A stretch of DNA of 64,000 bases from assembly GCA_031546925.1 (NCBI GenBank), contig JAVBJO010000051.1:301-64300 (forward strand), written 5' to 3'. The translations under genes were made by a program, and so were the position numbers. The notes under the pieces were generated by a model. That model was not told where the DNA came from. It saw only the letters and a program-made list of their open reading frames with translations, and searched no databases. Shown here one piece after another: positions 55,981-64,000 of the stretch (the stretch's first letter is position 1; every line of letters begins with the position of its first letter). The stretch comes from Rhodospirillaceae bacterium. Its GTDB lineage: Bacteria; Pseudomonadota; Alphaproteobacteria; Rhodospirillales; Magnetospirillaceae.

Positions 55981-56853
55981 ATGCCTACGCCTTTGCTCCT
56001 CGCAGGGATCGGTTTTAAGGCCAACTTTAACAATGGGTTCGCGGGCGTCAGTCCCGTTTACGCCAAGCTCGCCACCCTGGTCACCAGTGCCAACACCGCC
56101 GAGGAATACGGGTGGTTAAAGGACTTCCCCGGCATCCGGGAATGGCTGGGAGATCGTGTGGTGCACGGCCTGGCGGCCGACGGTTACCGCATCCGCAATC
56201 GGGATTTCGAGATGACGGTCGCGGTCAAGAAAAATGACCTCGACGATGACACCCTGGGGATTTATGCCCCGATGATGGCGGAGGTGGGGCGCGCCAGTGC
56301 CACCTTCCCCGACCGCTTGGTTTTCGAGCTGCTCAAAGCGGGCCACAAGGAAAAGTGTTCCGACGGTCAGCCGTTCTTTTCCGCCAACCATCCCGACGGC
56401 AAGAAGAAACGCAGCAACTGGTTGGAAGGGGACGGGCCGCTCTGGGCGTTGATGGACACCTCGCGCGCTCTCAAACCGCTGATTTTCCAAGAGCGCAAGA
56501 AGTTTACTCTGGTGGCCAAAACCGATCCCACCGACGAGGCAGTATTTTCGCGCGGAGAGTACGTTTACGGGGTCGACGGACGTTGCAACGTCGGCTTCGG
56601 CTTCTGGCAAATGGCGTATGGCTCGCGCCAGCCACTGACGGTGGAGGCCTTCGAGACCGCTCGCGCCGCGATGATGTCGCTGACCAGTGAGAACGGGGCT
56701 CCCCTCGGACTGACTCCCAATTTGCTGGTGGCGGCCCCCGCGCATGAAGGAGCGGCGCGGCGTCTGTTGACCAGCGAGAGCCTGCCCAACGGCGAGAGCA
56801 ATCCTTGGAAAGGGGCCGCCGAGTTGCTGATCTCCCCCTGGCTGGCGGAGTAA
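55981..56853 (+). CDS. major capsid protein (Mu gpT-like)
   Basis: GFKANFNNGF...YAKLATLVTSANTAEEYGWLKDFPGIREWLGDR is the gpT family pattern. ATG 55981 is preferred to TTG 55963. Confidence 0.85.
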   Translation: MPTPLLLAGIGFKANFNNGFAGVSPVYAKLATLVTSANTAEEYGWLKDFPGIREWLGDRVVHGLAADGYRIRNRDFEMTVAVKKNDLDDDTLGIYAPMMAEVGRASATFPDRLVFELLKAGHKEKCSDGQPFFSANHPDGKKKRSNWLEGDGPLWALMDTSRALKPLIFQERKKFTLVAKTDPTDEAVFSRGEYVYGVDGRCNVGFGFWQMAYGSRQPLTVEAFETARAAMMSLTSENGAPLGLTPNLLVAAPAHEGAARRLLTSESLPNGESNPWKGAAELLISPWLAE

Positions 56854-56858
56854 GGCTC

Positions 56859-57170
56859 GTGCTCGACTGCGACGACTTCTTGTTGCGCTTTGATGTGGAC
56901 GTGGAGGGCTTGGGCGGCCTTCCCCGCGTCGAGCAGGCGCTGCGCACCGCCGTCGAACAGGCGGAGAGTCTCTGCCCCGATCATCTGGCACCCGACTGGG
57001 TGGTGGCGGACCTTGCGCTCTATCGGCTTTACAGCCAAGCGGCCTCGGAAGACGTGCGCAACCGCTACAACGAGGCGGTTAAATTCCTCCGCCATCTGGA
57101 CGAGGGCACCATCGAACCCGCGTCCCCCACCCCCAACGTGCTCTTTTCGAGCGGGCGGCGGTGGTGTTAA
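56859..57170 (+). CDS. Mu gp36-like (DUF1320) head-tail connector protein
   Basis: GTG 56859 follows the capsid stop. The call rests on size and position, plus helical composition. Confidence 0.5.
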   Translation: MLDCDDFLLRFDVDVEGLGGLPRVEQALRTAVEQAESLCPDHLAPDWVVADLALYRLYSQAASEDVRNRYNEAVKFLRHLDEGTIEPASPTPNVLFSSGRRWC

Positions 57171-57619
57171 GCGTCCGCTTCGATGTCTCTCAGTTGGCGC
57201 GGATCCGCGCTCAAGTGGCGCAGGCCCTGACCACCTGGGAAGACACCACGCCCCTGATGGAGCAGATCGGCCTGACCCTGCTGCTCGCCACCCAACACCG
57301 ATTCGAGACGCAGAAAGACCCCGCCGGGATGGATTGGCGGGAACTCAACGAAGCGTATTGGCAGTGGCGGGTGAGCAAAGGCTACGACGGTCCCAAGTTG
57401 CGCATGACGGGCGAACTCTACCGCTCGCTCAACATTCGCGCCCGGCATGGGGAGGTTTCGCTCGGGTCCAACAAGGTTTACGCCGCTTTCCAACAATTCG
57501 GCTCCAGCGACGGGAAGGTGCCCCGGCGGGCCTATCTGCCCACCGACGGCCTGCCGCGCGCCGAGGTGGAAGACATTCACGCCTTGATCAGCGACGCCTT
57601 GACGCGGGGGTGGCAATGA
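57161..57619 (+). CDS. virion morphogenesis protein (Mu gpG-like)
   Basis: The pattern HRFETQKDPAGMDWRELNEAYWQWRVSKGYDGPKLRMTGELYRSL is typical of the gpG/tail-completion family. The start codon is GTG. Confidence 0.7.
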   Translation: MVLSVRFDVSQLARIRAQVAQALTTWEDTTPLMEQIGLTLLLATQHRFETQKDPAGMDWRELNEAYWQWRVSKGYDGPKLRMTGELYRSLNIRARHGEVSLGSNKVYAAFQQFGSSDGKVPRRAYLPTDGLPRAEVEDIHALISDALTRGWQ

Positions 57620-58170
57620 TCGGGGCCATCGAGCGGGCGATGGTGGAACGCCTTAAGAGTCTCGACGGGGCCGCAGGCTACCGCGTGCGCTGCGAGTCCT
57701 ACGCCGGACAGTTGGAGGGTGAAAAGGGGTTGCCTCAGGTGCTCAACACCTTGCCCGCCCTGTTCGTTCAATACCGCTCCTTCTCCGCCGAGCCCCTTAA
57801 TCGGGGGGTGGTCATCACCGCACAGTTTTCGATCTTCCTCGCGGCGCGGACCGTCCAGGCCGAGGGAGCCTCGCGCCACGGAACCGGCAGTCATGTGGGA
57901 TCCTATCAGTTGCAAAGCGACGTCATCGGTCTGTTGCAAGGGGCACGCTTGGGGTTGGAGATTCAGCCCCTGACCCTGAAACGAGGGCGTTCGCTCGTGA
58001 CGGGAAATACCGCCGACTTGCGTTTGTCTCTGTTGGAGCTGGAGGTCGTAACGTCTTTTCAGCCCCCGTCTCGCCCCAATCCCGACAGCCTCGACGTCGC
58101 CGACTTCTTGAGCCTGCACGTGGATTGGACCGGTTTTCCCCCCGAGGACATCATCGAGGTTCGTTCATGA
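57616..58170 (+). CDS. Mu gp37-like (DUF1834) protein
   Basis: ATGA overlap with gpG. Starts MIGAIERAMVERLKSL. Called from position and size. Confidence 0.55.
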   Translation: MIGAIERAMVERLKSLDGAAGYRVRCESYAGQLEGEKGLPQVLNTLPALFVQYRSFSAEPLNRGVVITAQFSIFLAARTVQAEGASRHGTGSHVGSYQLQSDVIGLLQGARLGLEIQPLTLKRGRSLVTGNTADLRLSLLELEVVTSFQPPSRPNPDSLDVADFLSLHVDWTGFPPEDIIEVRS

Positions 58171-58361
58171 AACACCAGTTGCTCCGCCCCCTGGCGGGTT
58201 CGCGCGTGCGCACCCCAGAGGGCACCATTCTTCCTCCCGAAGGGGCGGTTGCGCCCCTCATCCCCTACTGGCTGCGCCGTCTGAAGGAGGGCGATGTGTT
58301 TGCTGCGCCCTCGTCCCAGCCCCTCTTCGCCAAGGAGATTCCCCATGGCCATGACCTTTAA
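58167..58361 (+). CDS. Mu gp38-like (DUF2635) small protein
   Basis: ATGA overlap with the upstream gene; 64 aa, directly before the sheath gene. Confidence 0.5.
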   Translation: MKHQLLRPLAGSRVRTPEGTILPPEGAVAPLIPYWLRRLKEGDVFAAPSSQPLFAKEIPHGHDL

Positions 58362-59808
58362 CCAAATCCCTACCGACTGGCGGGTGCCTGGCGTTTATAT
58401 CGAGGTCGCCCCCAATTACGCCAACCTCGGCTTGATGCCGATTCCCACCAAGATCCTGGTGATCGGGCAAGGGTTGGAGAGCGGAACCGCCGCCCCCTTG
58501 ACTCCCGTGCGCTGTCCCTCGGCCTCCGACGCGCGGCAGGCCTTCGGGGCGGGTTCCCTATTGTCCGACATGGTGGCGGTGTTGCGCCAGACCAATACGA
58601 CCCAAGATGTTTACGCCATCGCGCTACCGGATGATCCGGCGGGAATTGCGGCCAAGGCCACCCTCACCGTGGGCGGCGTGGCCACCGCCTCGGGACCGGT
58701 GACCCTGTTGATCGGGGGGCGACGCGTGCGCGTGCGGTGCGGGCAATTCGATACCGCGACGATCCTCGCCCAGCGCCTGGTCGAGGCGATCAATGCCGCG
58801 CGATTGATGGTCACCGCCTCGGTAGCCGAGGGCGGGCTGACCTTGATCAATCGTCATGCTGGGGTGTTTGGCAATGATCTTGCTTTGGCGGTGTGCAGTG
58901 GAGTCGAGGCCCCTCCGCCGGGGCTGTTCCTGGAGGCCGGATGTTTCTCCGGCGGAGCCGCCAACCCTGAGATCCTCCAAGCCTTTGCCGCCCTGGGCGA
59001 TACCTGGTTTACCGACGTCGTTTGTCCTTACACCGACGCCTTCAATCTGGATGTCCTGTCTGAGACGTTGCAGGATCGCTACGGGGCCATGTCGCCGCAT
59101 GATGCGCACGCCTACACCGGGTTGGCTGCGGGATTTGTCGCGGCCTCGACCCTGGGGGCGACGTTGAACTGTCCGCATCTCAGTGTGATCGCCGCCCACC
59201 AATCGCCCTCGCCGCCCTGGGAATGGGCAGCGGCCTTGGGGGGCGTGGCCGCGTTCCACCTCACCAACGATCCGGCGCGGCATCTGAGAACCCTTTCGTT
59301 ACCGGGGATTCAGCCTCCGCCCATGGGGTTTGCCTTCTCCACCCTGGAGCAAGACCTGTTGTTGCGCGACGGCATCTCCACCTGGAGCGCCGGAGAAGAC
59401 GGCACCGTCCACCTGGAACGGGTGATCACCACCTACCAGAACTCCGCCACCGGGTTCGACGATCCCGCTTGGCTGGACATCGTGACGCCCAAGACCCTGA
59501 CGCGCATTCGCTACGACTGGCGGGCCTACCTCTCGCTCAATTATCCGCGACACAAGCTGGCCGACAATGATTCCACCGCGCTCGGCGAGGGCAAGCCGGT
59601 GATGACGCCACGCCTGATGCACGCGGTTTGGGCCGGGCGCTGCGCCAAGTACGAAGAGGAGGGTTGGCTAGAAGGCACCAAAGAAACCGTCAAGCAAAGC
59701 CACTTCGAGCGCGATACCACCGACCGCAATCGGATGAATTCGCGTCAACCGGTCCGAGTCATCGGCCAGTTGATGGTGATTGCCGGACGGCTGGAATTTG
59801 AAGTTTAA
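58345..59808 (+). CDS. contractile tail sheath protein (Mu gpL-like)
   Basis: MAMTFNQIPTDWRVPGVYIEV is the typical sheath N-terminus. At 487 aa, it is followed by the tube gene. Confidence 0.85.
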   Translation: MAMTFNQIPTDWRVPGVYIEVAPNYANLGLMPIPTKILVIGQGLESGTAAPLTPVRCPSASDARQAFGAGSLLSDMVAVLRQTNTTQDVYAIALPDDPAGIAAKATLTVGGVATASGPVTLLIGGRRVRVRCGQFDTATILAQRLVEAINAARLMVTASVAEGGLTLINRHAGVFGNDLALAVCSGVEAPPPGLFLEAGCFSGGAANPEILQAFAALGDTWFTDVVCPYTDAFNLDVLSETLQDRYGAMSPHDAHAYTGLAAGFVAASTLGATLNCPHLSVIAAHQSPSPPWEWAAALGGVAAFHLTNDPARHLRTLSLPGIQPPPMGFAFSTLEQDLLLRDGISTWSAGEDGTVHLERVITTYQNSATGFDDPAWLDIVTPKTLTRIRYDWRAYLSLNYPRHKLADNDSTALGEGKPVMTPRLMHAVWAGRCAKYEEEGWLEGTKETVKQSHFERDTTDRNRMNSRQPVRVIGQLMVIAGRLEFEV

Positions 59809-59823
59809 CCAAGGAGGTGTGTC

Positions 59824-60192
59824 ATGCCCCAACCTCTGGGGATTGTAGATCTGGTCTGGAAGGGACGCGGCATTCCGTTTTCCCCCGACTCGGGCAAGAT
59901 CAAACTGGGCGGGATGAAAAACACCGCCATTCCTTACGGTCGCCAAGTGGGCCGCGCCATCACCTTCGAGCCCTCGGAAATCGAGGTCAAGACGGTATTG
60001 GAAAAAGGCCAGTCCGTGTCTGAACTTTACGGCCTGGAGGAAGGGGAATTGGTGGTGTTGTGCGACACCGGACAGACTTACACCTTCCGCGAGGCCTTCC
60101 TAATCGATTCGATTACGCTGACGGCCAACAAAGGGGGAGAAATTACCCTAAAATTCGCCGCAGGAACCTGGCAAGAGGTGGTTGCATCATGA
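59824..60192 (+). CDS. tail tube protein (Mu gpM-like)
   Basis: 122 aa, beta-rich, lying between the sheath and the chaperone. Confidence 0.7.
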   Translation: MPQPLGIVDLVWKGRGIPFSPDSGKIKLGGMKNTAIPYGRQVGRAITFEPSEIEVKTVLEKGQSVSELYGLEEGELVVLCDTGQTYTFREAFLIDSITLTANKGGEITLKFAAGTWQEVVAS

Positions 60193-60554
60193 GTTACCAG
60201 GACTACCCCATCAATGACCTCGGCGATGAAAATGACCTCGGCGATGAAGACGAGGATTACATCGAGAATAATGCTGACGGCACCGTGACGCTACTGTTGA
60301 AGTATCCCAAGACCTTGACCACGCGGACCGCGCATGGGGAAACGAGCGAGCGTCAGGTGGACAGCATCCGCTTCAAACGCTTGACCGGACGCAATATCCG
60401 CGAGGTGTCTAAGAATGCGACCAAACCCGAATTCATTCTGACGGTCTCCTCGGGCGAACCGACGGCTCTGTTTGATGTTCTCGACGCGGAAGACTGGGCC
60501 AGGGCCTCGACGGTGGTGATGGGTTTCGTCAAGAAGTCCCAACGAACTGGCTAA
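60189..60554 (+). CDS. tail assembly chaperone (short, zero-frame product)
   Basis: ATGA overlap with the tube gene, an acidic N-terminus, and position directly upstream of the tape measure gene. Confidence 0.7.
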   Translation: MSYQDYPINDLGDENDLGDEDEDYIENNADGTVTLLLKYPKTLTTRTAHGETSERQVDSIRFKRLTGRNIREVSKNATKPEFILTVSSGEPTALFDVLDAEDWARASTVVMGFVKKSQRTG

Positions 60555-60682
60555 ACATCCTGGTGTCCTGCGCCCGGTTCTATCGTGGCGACCCGGACGA
60601 CTGGATGGAAAAGCCGTTTGACGCGGTGCTGTCTTGGGCCGAGGCAGCGCGGGACTTGGTGGAGGCCCAAAAGGAGGGATAA
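60189..60682 (+). CDS. tail assembly chaperone, predicted -1 frameshift-extended product
   Basis: After the slip at 60521-60527 the reading continues GFRQEVPTNWLNILVSCARFYRGDPDDWMEKPFDAVLSWAEAARDLVEAQKEG*, ending 1 nt before the tape-measure ATG. Confidence 0.5.
60521..60527 (+). promoter_or_regulatory. candidate -1 programmed frameshift heptamer G GGT TTC
   Basis: X XXY YYZ in the zero frame of the chaperone (codons GGT TTC of ...MGFVKK). The -1 frame is open from 60476 to TAA 60680-60682. Confidence 0.6.
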
Positions 60683-60683
60683 A

Positions 60684-63059
60684 ATGGCTGGCGACAATCG
60701 TTTAGACTTGATCATTGCCCTCCGGGACCTGGTGACCGCGCCCCTCCGCCGCTTACAAGGCATGCTCCAGGGGTTGACCCAACCCCTGGACGCCATCCGC
60801 AACGCAGCAGGCCGGGTGGCGGGCGTTTTTCAGAAAATCGGGGTGCTGGGCGGCATCATCGGCGGCCTGTCGCTCGCCGGTCCCATCGCCCAAGCCGCTC
60901 AATTTGAGTCGATTCTGGTTGATACCGCCATCACCGCCGGGAAGACTGGAGCTGCCGCTAAGGCCGCCGTCGCGGAGATGAGTCGAAGCTTTGGTGAACT
61001 GTCTCTCAAGACAGGGCAGAGTTCAAAAGAGATTGCGAGAGGCGCTCAAGTCATGAGCGCCGCCAACCTCTCTCCCCTGGAGATAGACCAATTCCTGCCG
61101 GACGTTGCTCTGGTCACCACCGCTGCGGGGGCGGTGACAGACGAGATTGGGAAAATGGCTGCAACGATGAATAAAAATATGGGAGTGCAGGCAAAAGATA
61201 TGAAACAAGCCATGGCGGGACTGGTTGTGGCTGGGAAAATGGGCAGTTTTGAGCTGAAAGAAATGTCTAAGGAGTTCCCAAAACTCACAGCCAGTGCCAA
61301 ATCCCTTGGTCTGGAGGGCACGAAGGGGATTCACTCCATGGCGGCAGCTCTACAAGTCGCGAGAACTGGTGCTGGCGCGGGGGAGGAGGCTGCGAATAAT
61401 TTCAACAATTTTCTCTCCAAGATCTTGTCGGGGGATAGCATTAAAAACTTCAAGAAAATGGGAGTTGACATAACGAAAGTCATAGAGAGCGCAGGAAGCA
61501 AGCAGATAGATCCAATCGAGGCTGTTATTCAAAAAATTGACAATCTTCTCGGAAAGGGGAGCGAAGCAAGTCGTTCCGCTAAATTAAACTCTTTGTTTGC
61601 TGACATGCAGGTCCAGGGCTTCATTAAGTCTATGCTTCAACAGAAAGAGCTCTACAAGGCGGTCAGATCGGCAGCGCAAAGTGCTGATTCTGGTGTTATT
61701 GACGCTGACGCTGCCACTAGAATAAACACCATCGAAGGAAAACTCTCCAAGATCAAAGAACTTTCCTTCCAGTTGATCAATCGTATCGGGAATGGCTTTG
61801 CCCCTCTTTTAGACCCGGCCATCAAAGGTTTTGAGACCCTTCACGCCTGGATCGCCGATCTGGACAAAGACTTCCCCGGTTTGGTGGATAACATCATCTC
61901 CGTGGGCGGGGTGGTGCTGGCGGTGGTGGTCGGTGCGGCGGCATTGTGCGCGGTGATAGGACCACTCGCGGCGGGGTTTGAGGCCTTGGGCGCTGTGGCG
62001 GCGGTGGCGCTCTCCCCCATCGGGCTGGTGTTGGGGCTGCTGGCCTTCGCGGTTTGGCGCAAGTGGGACGTGCTGAAGGAGCGCTTTCAGGCGTTGTGGT
62101 CCTCCATTACCGCGATCTTCCGTTCGGCGGTGGGAGTGATCAAAGCGTTGTTCTCCGGCGATGGCTTTGCCCTCAAGGCTGCCTGGGCGCAGCTCAAGGC
62201 GGATCTCTCCCTGGGGGGGAAGAATTTCAAAGCCATTTTGTCCGGCATTGGCGACTCTCTTGGCGAGATTTGGGAGAGTGCATGGGAGGGATTGAAAACG
62301 ACAACGATCAATGTTCTCGGTTCTCTTCTCGGGGCGATGGGCGTGGATACGGCGAAAGCCACCCAGATTATGGAGGGCGTCGGCAAAGCCTTCGAGACCG
62401 TCAAGAAAACCATCACAGATGTGGCCAGCAGCCTCATCGACATGATTTGTGGTGTCTTCCGAGGCGACGGGAAAAAAGTCGGCGCGGCCCTGGTCGATGG
62501 CTGGGCCTCCCTGGGGGGGCTGGCTTATGAGGCCTTGGGGGCCATCATCGAGGCGGTGATGGGGGTTGTCGGCCTGGTGGCGGAAATCGATTGGGGCGCG
62601 GTGTGGAAAGCCTACGTGGGGTTTTGGACCGATATTGGAAAATTTATCTACACATTGTTTGATGGGGCGCTCGGGCGCATCAAAGATCGCTTGATGGATT
62701 GGGCCAATACCTCGCTCAAAGAAGCGGTTGATAGTATTAAAAACATCTTTAAAGGCATTACCGATACTTACGATGAGGTGACGGGGACCATCAACCAATG
62801 GGGTTCCGGCGTGGCGACCGGGGCGGGGAAAGCGTGGGACTCCGTGACCGGCGTCTTCGGCGGCGGCAACGAGGACAAGACCGCCCCCGCCCCTCAAGCC
62901 CCGCTGGGGCCGGTGGCTCCGCTTTCCAAATCGGAGTTTTCCGGCTCCGTCAAAGTGGTGGTCAGCGCGGACAAGGGGACAACGGTCGAATCGGCAAAAA
63001 CCGACAATCCGGGGGCCGTGAAGGTCGAGACAGGGGGGCTGTTTGGCTTTGCTTTCTGA
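60684..63059 (+). CDS. tail tape measure protein
   Basis: In-frame ATG 60684 (MAGDNRLDLIIALRDL). The 791-aa protein has long helical regions and hydrophobic GxxxG-rich central segments. Confidence 0.85.
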   Translation: MAGDNRLDLIIALRDLVTAPLRRLQGMLQGLTQPLDAIRNAAGRVAGVFQKIGVLGGIIGGLSLAGPIAQAAQFESILVDTAITAGKTGAAAKAAVAEMSRSFGELSLKTGQSSKEIARGAQVMSAANLSPLEIDQFLPDVALVTTAAGAVTDEIGKMAATMNKNMGVQAKDMKQAMAGLVVAGKMGSFELKEMSKEFPKLTASAKSLGLEGTKGIHSMAAALQVARTGAGAGEEAANNFNNFLSKILSGDSIKNFKKMGVDITKVIESAGSKQIDPIEAVIQKIDNLLGKGSEASRSAKLNSLFADMQVQGFIKSMLQQKELYKAVRSAAQSADSGVIDADAATRINTIEGKLSKIKELSFQLINRIGNGFAPLLDPAIKGFETLHAWIADLDKDFPGLVDNIISVGGVVLAVVVGAAALCAVIGPLAAGFEALGAVAAVALSPIGLVLGLLAFAVWRKWDVLKERFQALWSSITAIFRSAVGVIKALFSGDGFALKAAWAQLKADLSLGGKNFKAILSGIGDSLGEIWESAWEGLKTTTINVLGSLLGAMGVDTAKATQIMEGVGKAFETVKKTITDVASSLIDMICGVFRGDGKKVGAALVDGWASLGGLAYEALGAIIEAVMGVVGLVAEIDWGAVWKAYVGFWTDIGKFIYTLFDGALGRIKDRLMDWANTSLKEAVDSIKNIFKGITDTYDEVTGTINQWGSGVATGAGKAWDSVTGVFGGGNEDKTAPAPQAPLGPVAPLSKSEFSGSVKVVVSADKGTTVESAKTDNPGAVKVETGGLFGFAF

Positions 63060-64000
63060 CCTGCTCTCCGCCTCGTTTCGCGGTATCCCCTTCCACGTGT
63101 TCAGCGCCACGGAGACCAGTGGGCGGCGCAACCAACGCTACGACTTTCCCGGACGCGACGAGGCCGCCTTCGAGGACTTGGGGGCGGTGGATGGGCCGAT
63201 GCGCTTCACCGGGATTCTCATCGGCGATGACGTGATCCTCCAGATGGAGGCGTTACGCGCCGCTCTGCGTCTGCCGGGACCGGGGCGATTGATCCACCCC
63301 TGGGCCGGGGAAATGCAGGCGGTGGTGGCACCCGGCTCCCTGCCCGAGTTCTCCTTTGACGAGCGCGAAGGCCGCGTCGCCCGCATCACCATGAGCTTCG
63401 AGCGCGTCGGGGAACCGCCCTTGTTGCGGCGTTTGATGGCCTCTGGCGTCGCGGCCTTGGGGGCGTTTGACGCTTCCATCGCTTGGTTGGGCGGCCTGTC
63501 GCCTCTGGGCGCGCTGCACCTCGCCAGTCAACTGCACACCCTGGGGGAGGGCTTGGCGCGGTCGCTTCTTCGGCGACGCTCCCACACCCCTGCTTTGGAA
63601 AAGGTGGTTAATACCGTTCGACGTTTGGCGGCTTCTCCGAGCGAGATCAAAAGTGAATTGCCTGCCCTCGGCCCTGCCTTGGTCACCGCTTTAACCCCGC
63701 GTCCGACTCCGGCCTTGGCGGGGGTGGAGCGGGCGGATCCCCTCGCCCCGGCGCAAGCCCGAGGCGCGACCCTGGCCTTATTAGAGGTCGCCGCTCTCCT
63801 TCCGCCTGGGGTGGGGCTGATCCTGACGGCGGCCGCAACCGAGGTGGCTCCGGCGTTGGCTTATGACTCGCGGCAAGAGGCCTTGGCGTTGCGGGATCGT
63901 TTGGTTCAGGCCGCCGATGCCCTCGCCCGTGCGGTGAGTCTGCTCCTGGCGCAGCCCTGGACAAAAGAGTCCGGGGAAACCAACGCCCTACCCTTGCTCT
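63049..64000 (+). CDS. DNA circularisation protein N (Mu gpN/gp43-like), 5' part only
   Basis: Absent from the ORF track because it has no stop in the window. Manual translation from TTG 63049 gives (M)LSDLLSASFRGIPFHVFSATETSGRRNQRYDFPGRDEAAFEDLGAV, the family's N-terminal signature. It overlaps the tape-measure 3' end. Confidence 0.7.
   Translation, partial: MLSDLLSASFRGIPFHVFSATETSGRRNQRYDFPGRDEAAFEDLGAVDGPMRFTGILIGDDVILQMEALRAALRLPGPGRLIHPWAGEMQAVVAPGSLPEFSFDEREGRVARITMSFERVGEPPLLRRLMASGVAALGAFDASIAWLGGLSPLGALHLASQLHTLGEGLARSLLRRRSHTPALEKVVNTVRRLAASPSEIKSELPALGPALVTALTPRPTPALAGVERADPLAPAQARGATLALLEVAALLPPGVGLILTAAATEVAPALAYDSRQEALALRDRLVQAADALARAVSLLLAQPWTKESGETNALPLL

Larger units (their letters stand above)
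36311..64000. mobile_element. Mu-like transposable prophage, partial. Left end is not precisely mapped (somewhere in 36311-36404, alternatively near 35220); the right end lies beyond the window.
   Basis: Collinear Mu gene order: repressor (minus strand), Ner, DDE transposase, MuB-like ATPase, GemA, Mor-like, lysis, DUF3486 small terminase, large terminase, DUF935 portal, Mu F, protease I, gpT capsid, gpG, sheath, tube, chaperone, tape measure, gpN. Confidence 0.85.

Noticed and set aside
56354-56366. Partial matches to the late motif core (TTCCGACGG), here and at 16870-16880
   Set aside because: Only 9-10 nt match, the CCTAGG-containing half is missing, and the sites lie inside coding or unrelated sequence. 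This is consistent with chance.

Overview
This is a high-GC chromosomal segment that looks alphaproteobacterial. That is inferred from the sdhCDAB order, an RcdA/DUF1465-like gene and a GTA-type holin, not from any search. Positions 1-16.9 kb hold ordinary genes: FAD oxidoreductase, GH114/TM1410-like secreted protein, a degenerate ANL-family ligase-like protein, L,D-transpeptidase, CheY-like receiver, GST, PtsN, CHAP protein, TAXI-TRAP receptor, enoyl-CoA hydratase, sdhCDAB, MarR, hldE and an SNase-like nuclease. tRNA-Glu(CUC) at 16968-17043 is followed directly by a 9.6-kb three-gene module. Its genes are an SNF2 helicase with a C-terminal PD-(D/E)xK-like domain, a DUF1156-type DNA methyltransferase whose central third is strikingly AT-rich, and an ATPase with an N-terminal HEPN Rx4H motif and a DUF499-type P-loop. 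This is my best candidate for an uncharacterised defence system: methylation-linked, with no classical restriction enzyme. Next come hypA-B-F(truncated)-C-D-E with no hydrogenase structural genes in view, an MCP, hsp20, an RcdA-like gene and a small AT-rich two-gene cassette. From about 36.3 kb to the window end lies a Mu-like transposable prophage. It carries repressor/Ner switch, MuA/MuB, GemA, a Mor-like gene, lysis genes, terminase, DUF935 portal, Mu F, protease I, gpT capsid, sheath, tube, chaperone, tape measure and gpN, and it runs off the right edge. Inside the prophage I flag five things: an antisense 2-TM gene, a roughly 165-nt structured inverted-repeat element, a 25-nt motif shared by two late-operon upstream regions, an SD-sequestering hairpin, and a GGGTTTC -1 frameshift site. 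No CRISPR array or rRNA was seen. All functional calls rest on motif and family recognition by eye from the supplied translations; no database search was run.
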